Assembly (NCBI GenBank): GCA_002633005.1
Contig: NMRA01000504.1
Span: forward strand, 25,571 to 89,570
Length of the DNA stretch: 64,000 nucleotides
Reading direction: 5' to 3'
DNA from: Phoronis australis
Lineage: Eukaryota > Animalia > Phoronida
In this document: positions 62,912 through 64,000 of the stretch, in pieces
How the letters are laid out: each line of letters begins with the position of its first letter
Numbering within the stretch: position 1 is the stretch's first letter
Position numbers and translations under genes: made by a program
Notes under the pieces: generated by a model
What the model was told of the DNA's origin: nothing
Database searches by the model: none
What the model saw: the letters and a program-made list of their open reading frames with translations, nothing else

Positions 62912-63960
62912 CTGGTAATTGAAAATAAAAATTGTTTGACCATCAATTCTGGTTTCTTGGTGTTAATAATTCTTCCGTCTATTTCATGTGTTAGGTTTCA
63001 AATATCAATCTGGACCAAGTTGAATTTTAAAATTAAAACACCTAATTCGTTCGTCCAAAGCATAACCTCGTTTTAGAGCTCAATTTCAGTTAACTGGACA
63101 GCTAGGCAATGACCATCGCCTCTGTTGGCCCGAAGCAGAGGCGATGTAGAGGCTACAGGCGCTCTGTACGCCGGAAGCTTTTCGGCGAATTATGCCTCGC
63201 ACCGAATTAACCAACAAAGTCACGTTGTTACAAATACCTTTTGCGCATAGAGGAACACCTTAGGAGGTTGTCGATGTGTTTAATTCCTTCCAACTCGAAC
63301 AAATACTCCCGTTATGAAACTTTTTCTTCGAGCAGTCCCTATTTCAGTTTCCAAAATCATGAAATCAACTTTTTCATTTTTTTAACCAGGCCGAAGGTCA
63401 GAAGTTGCGGACCTACCGGCGAACTTTGAAAGCTGAAGTTCCCGCCCTTCGCGTACGTGCTGCCGGGAACCAGCCGTGCATTTGCCGTGTTGTTAAACAT
63501 TAAAATGTCAAATATGTGCACAAAGACTATTAAATGTCATATCAACAGCATTTATTTTTATCAAATACAAACAATGATTCATTGAAATACAATCAGTTTC
63601 AAGTAACGCCAATTAAANAAAATTTTGACACGAAAATGACATTTTCTCCGGAACCATAAGTCCAATTTAAAAAATTTTACTATCGTTATTTTAGTCTCGA
63701 AAAGAGCTTTCTAATGATGTATATTACATACACATTTTCTAAAATTTTTGAAAAATGCTGTCCTCCCTACTGGTAATTGAAAATAAAAATTGTTTGACCA
63801 TCAATTCTGGTTTCTTGGTGTTAATAATTCTTACGTCTATTTCATGTGTTAGGTTTCAAATATCAATCTGGACCAAGTTGAATTTTAAAATAAAAACACC
63901 TAATTCGTTCGTCCAAAGCATAACCTCGTTTTAGAGCTCAATTTCAGTTAACTGGACAGC
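62912..63960. repeat. 191-bp near-identical direct repeat (62912-63102 and 63770-63960) either side of an N at 63618
   Basis: About 2 substitutions between the copies. Confidence 0.88.
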
Positions 63961-64000
63961 AAGCATAGTTACCATGTTTCTTTAGGGGCCTCGTTCATCC

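Overview
AT-rich, intron-containing metazoan genomic DNA with scattered single-N assembly joins; a marine invertebrate source is plausible but inferred. Three minus-strand genes were rebuilt by hand from GT-AG splice sites and reading-frame continuity. (1) The 5' part (4 coding exons, 877-3962) of a chitin synthase that runs off the left edge. (2) A complete tandem paralogous chitin synthase (18 coding exons, 14218-33188, ~1590 aa) with intact CATMWHE, DGD, GEDRW, QRRRW and SWGTRE motifs. (3) A complete kinesin-9 gene, KIF9-like (up to 18 coding exons, 47046-59375), with a probable bidirectional promoter near 62.4 kb. Introns and intergenic DNA hold MITEs and a foldback element, a CR1/L2-type LINE 3' remnant, micro- and minisatellites, and two near-identical duplications near N gaps that are probably assembly artefacts. 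I see no clearly novel system. The best leads are the tandem chitin synthase pair with a shared short N-terminal extension in place of a myosin motor, two frame-symmetric candidate cassette exons in KIF9, and RFX X-box-like motifs around KIF9.
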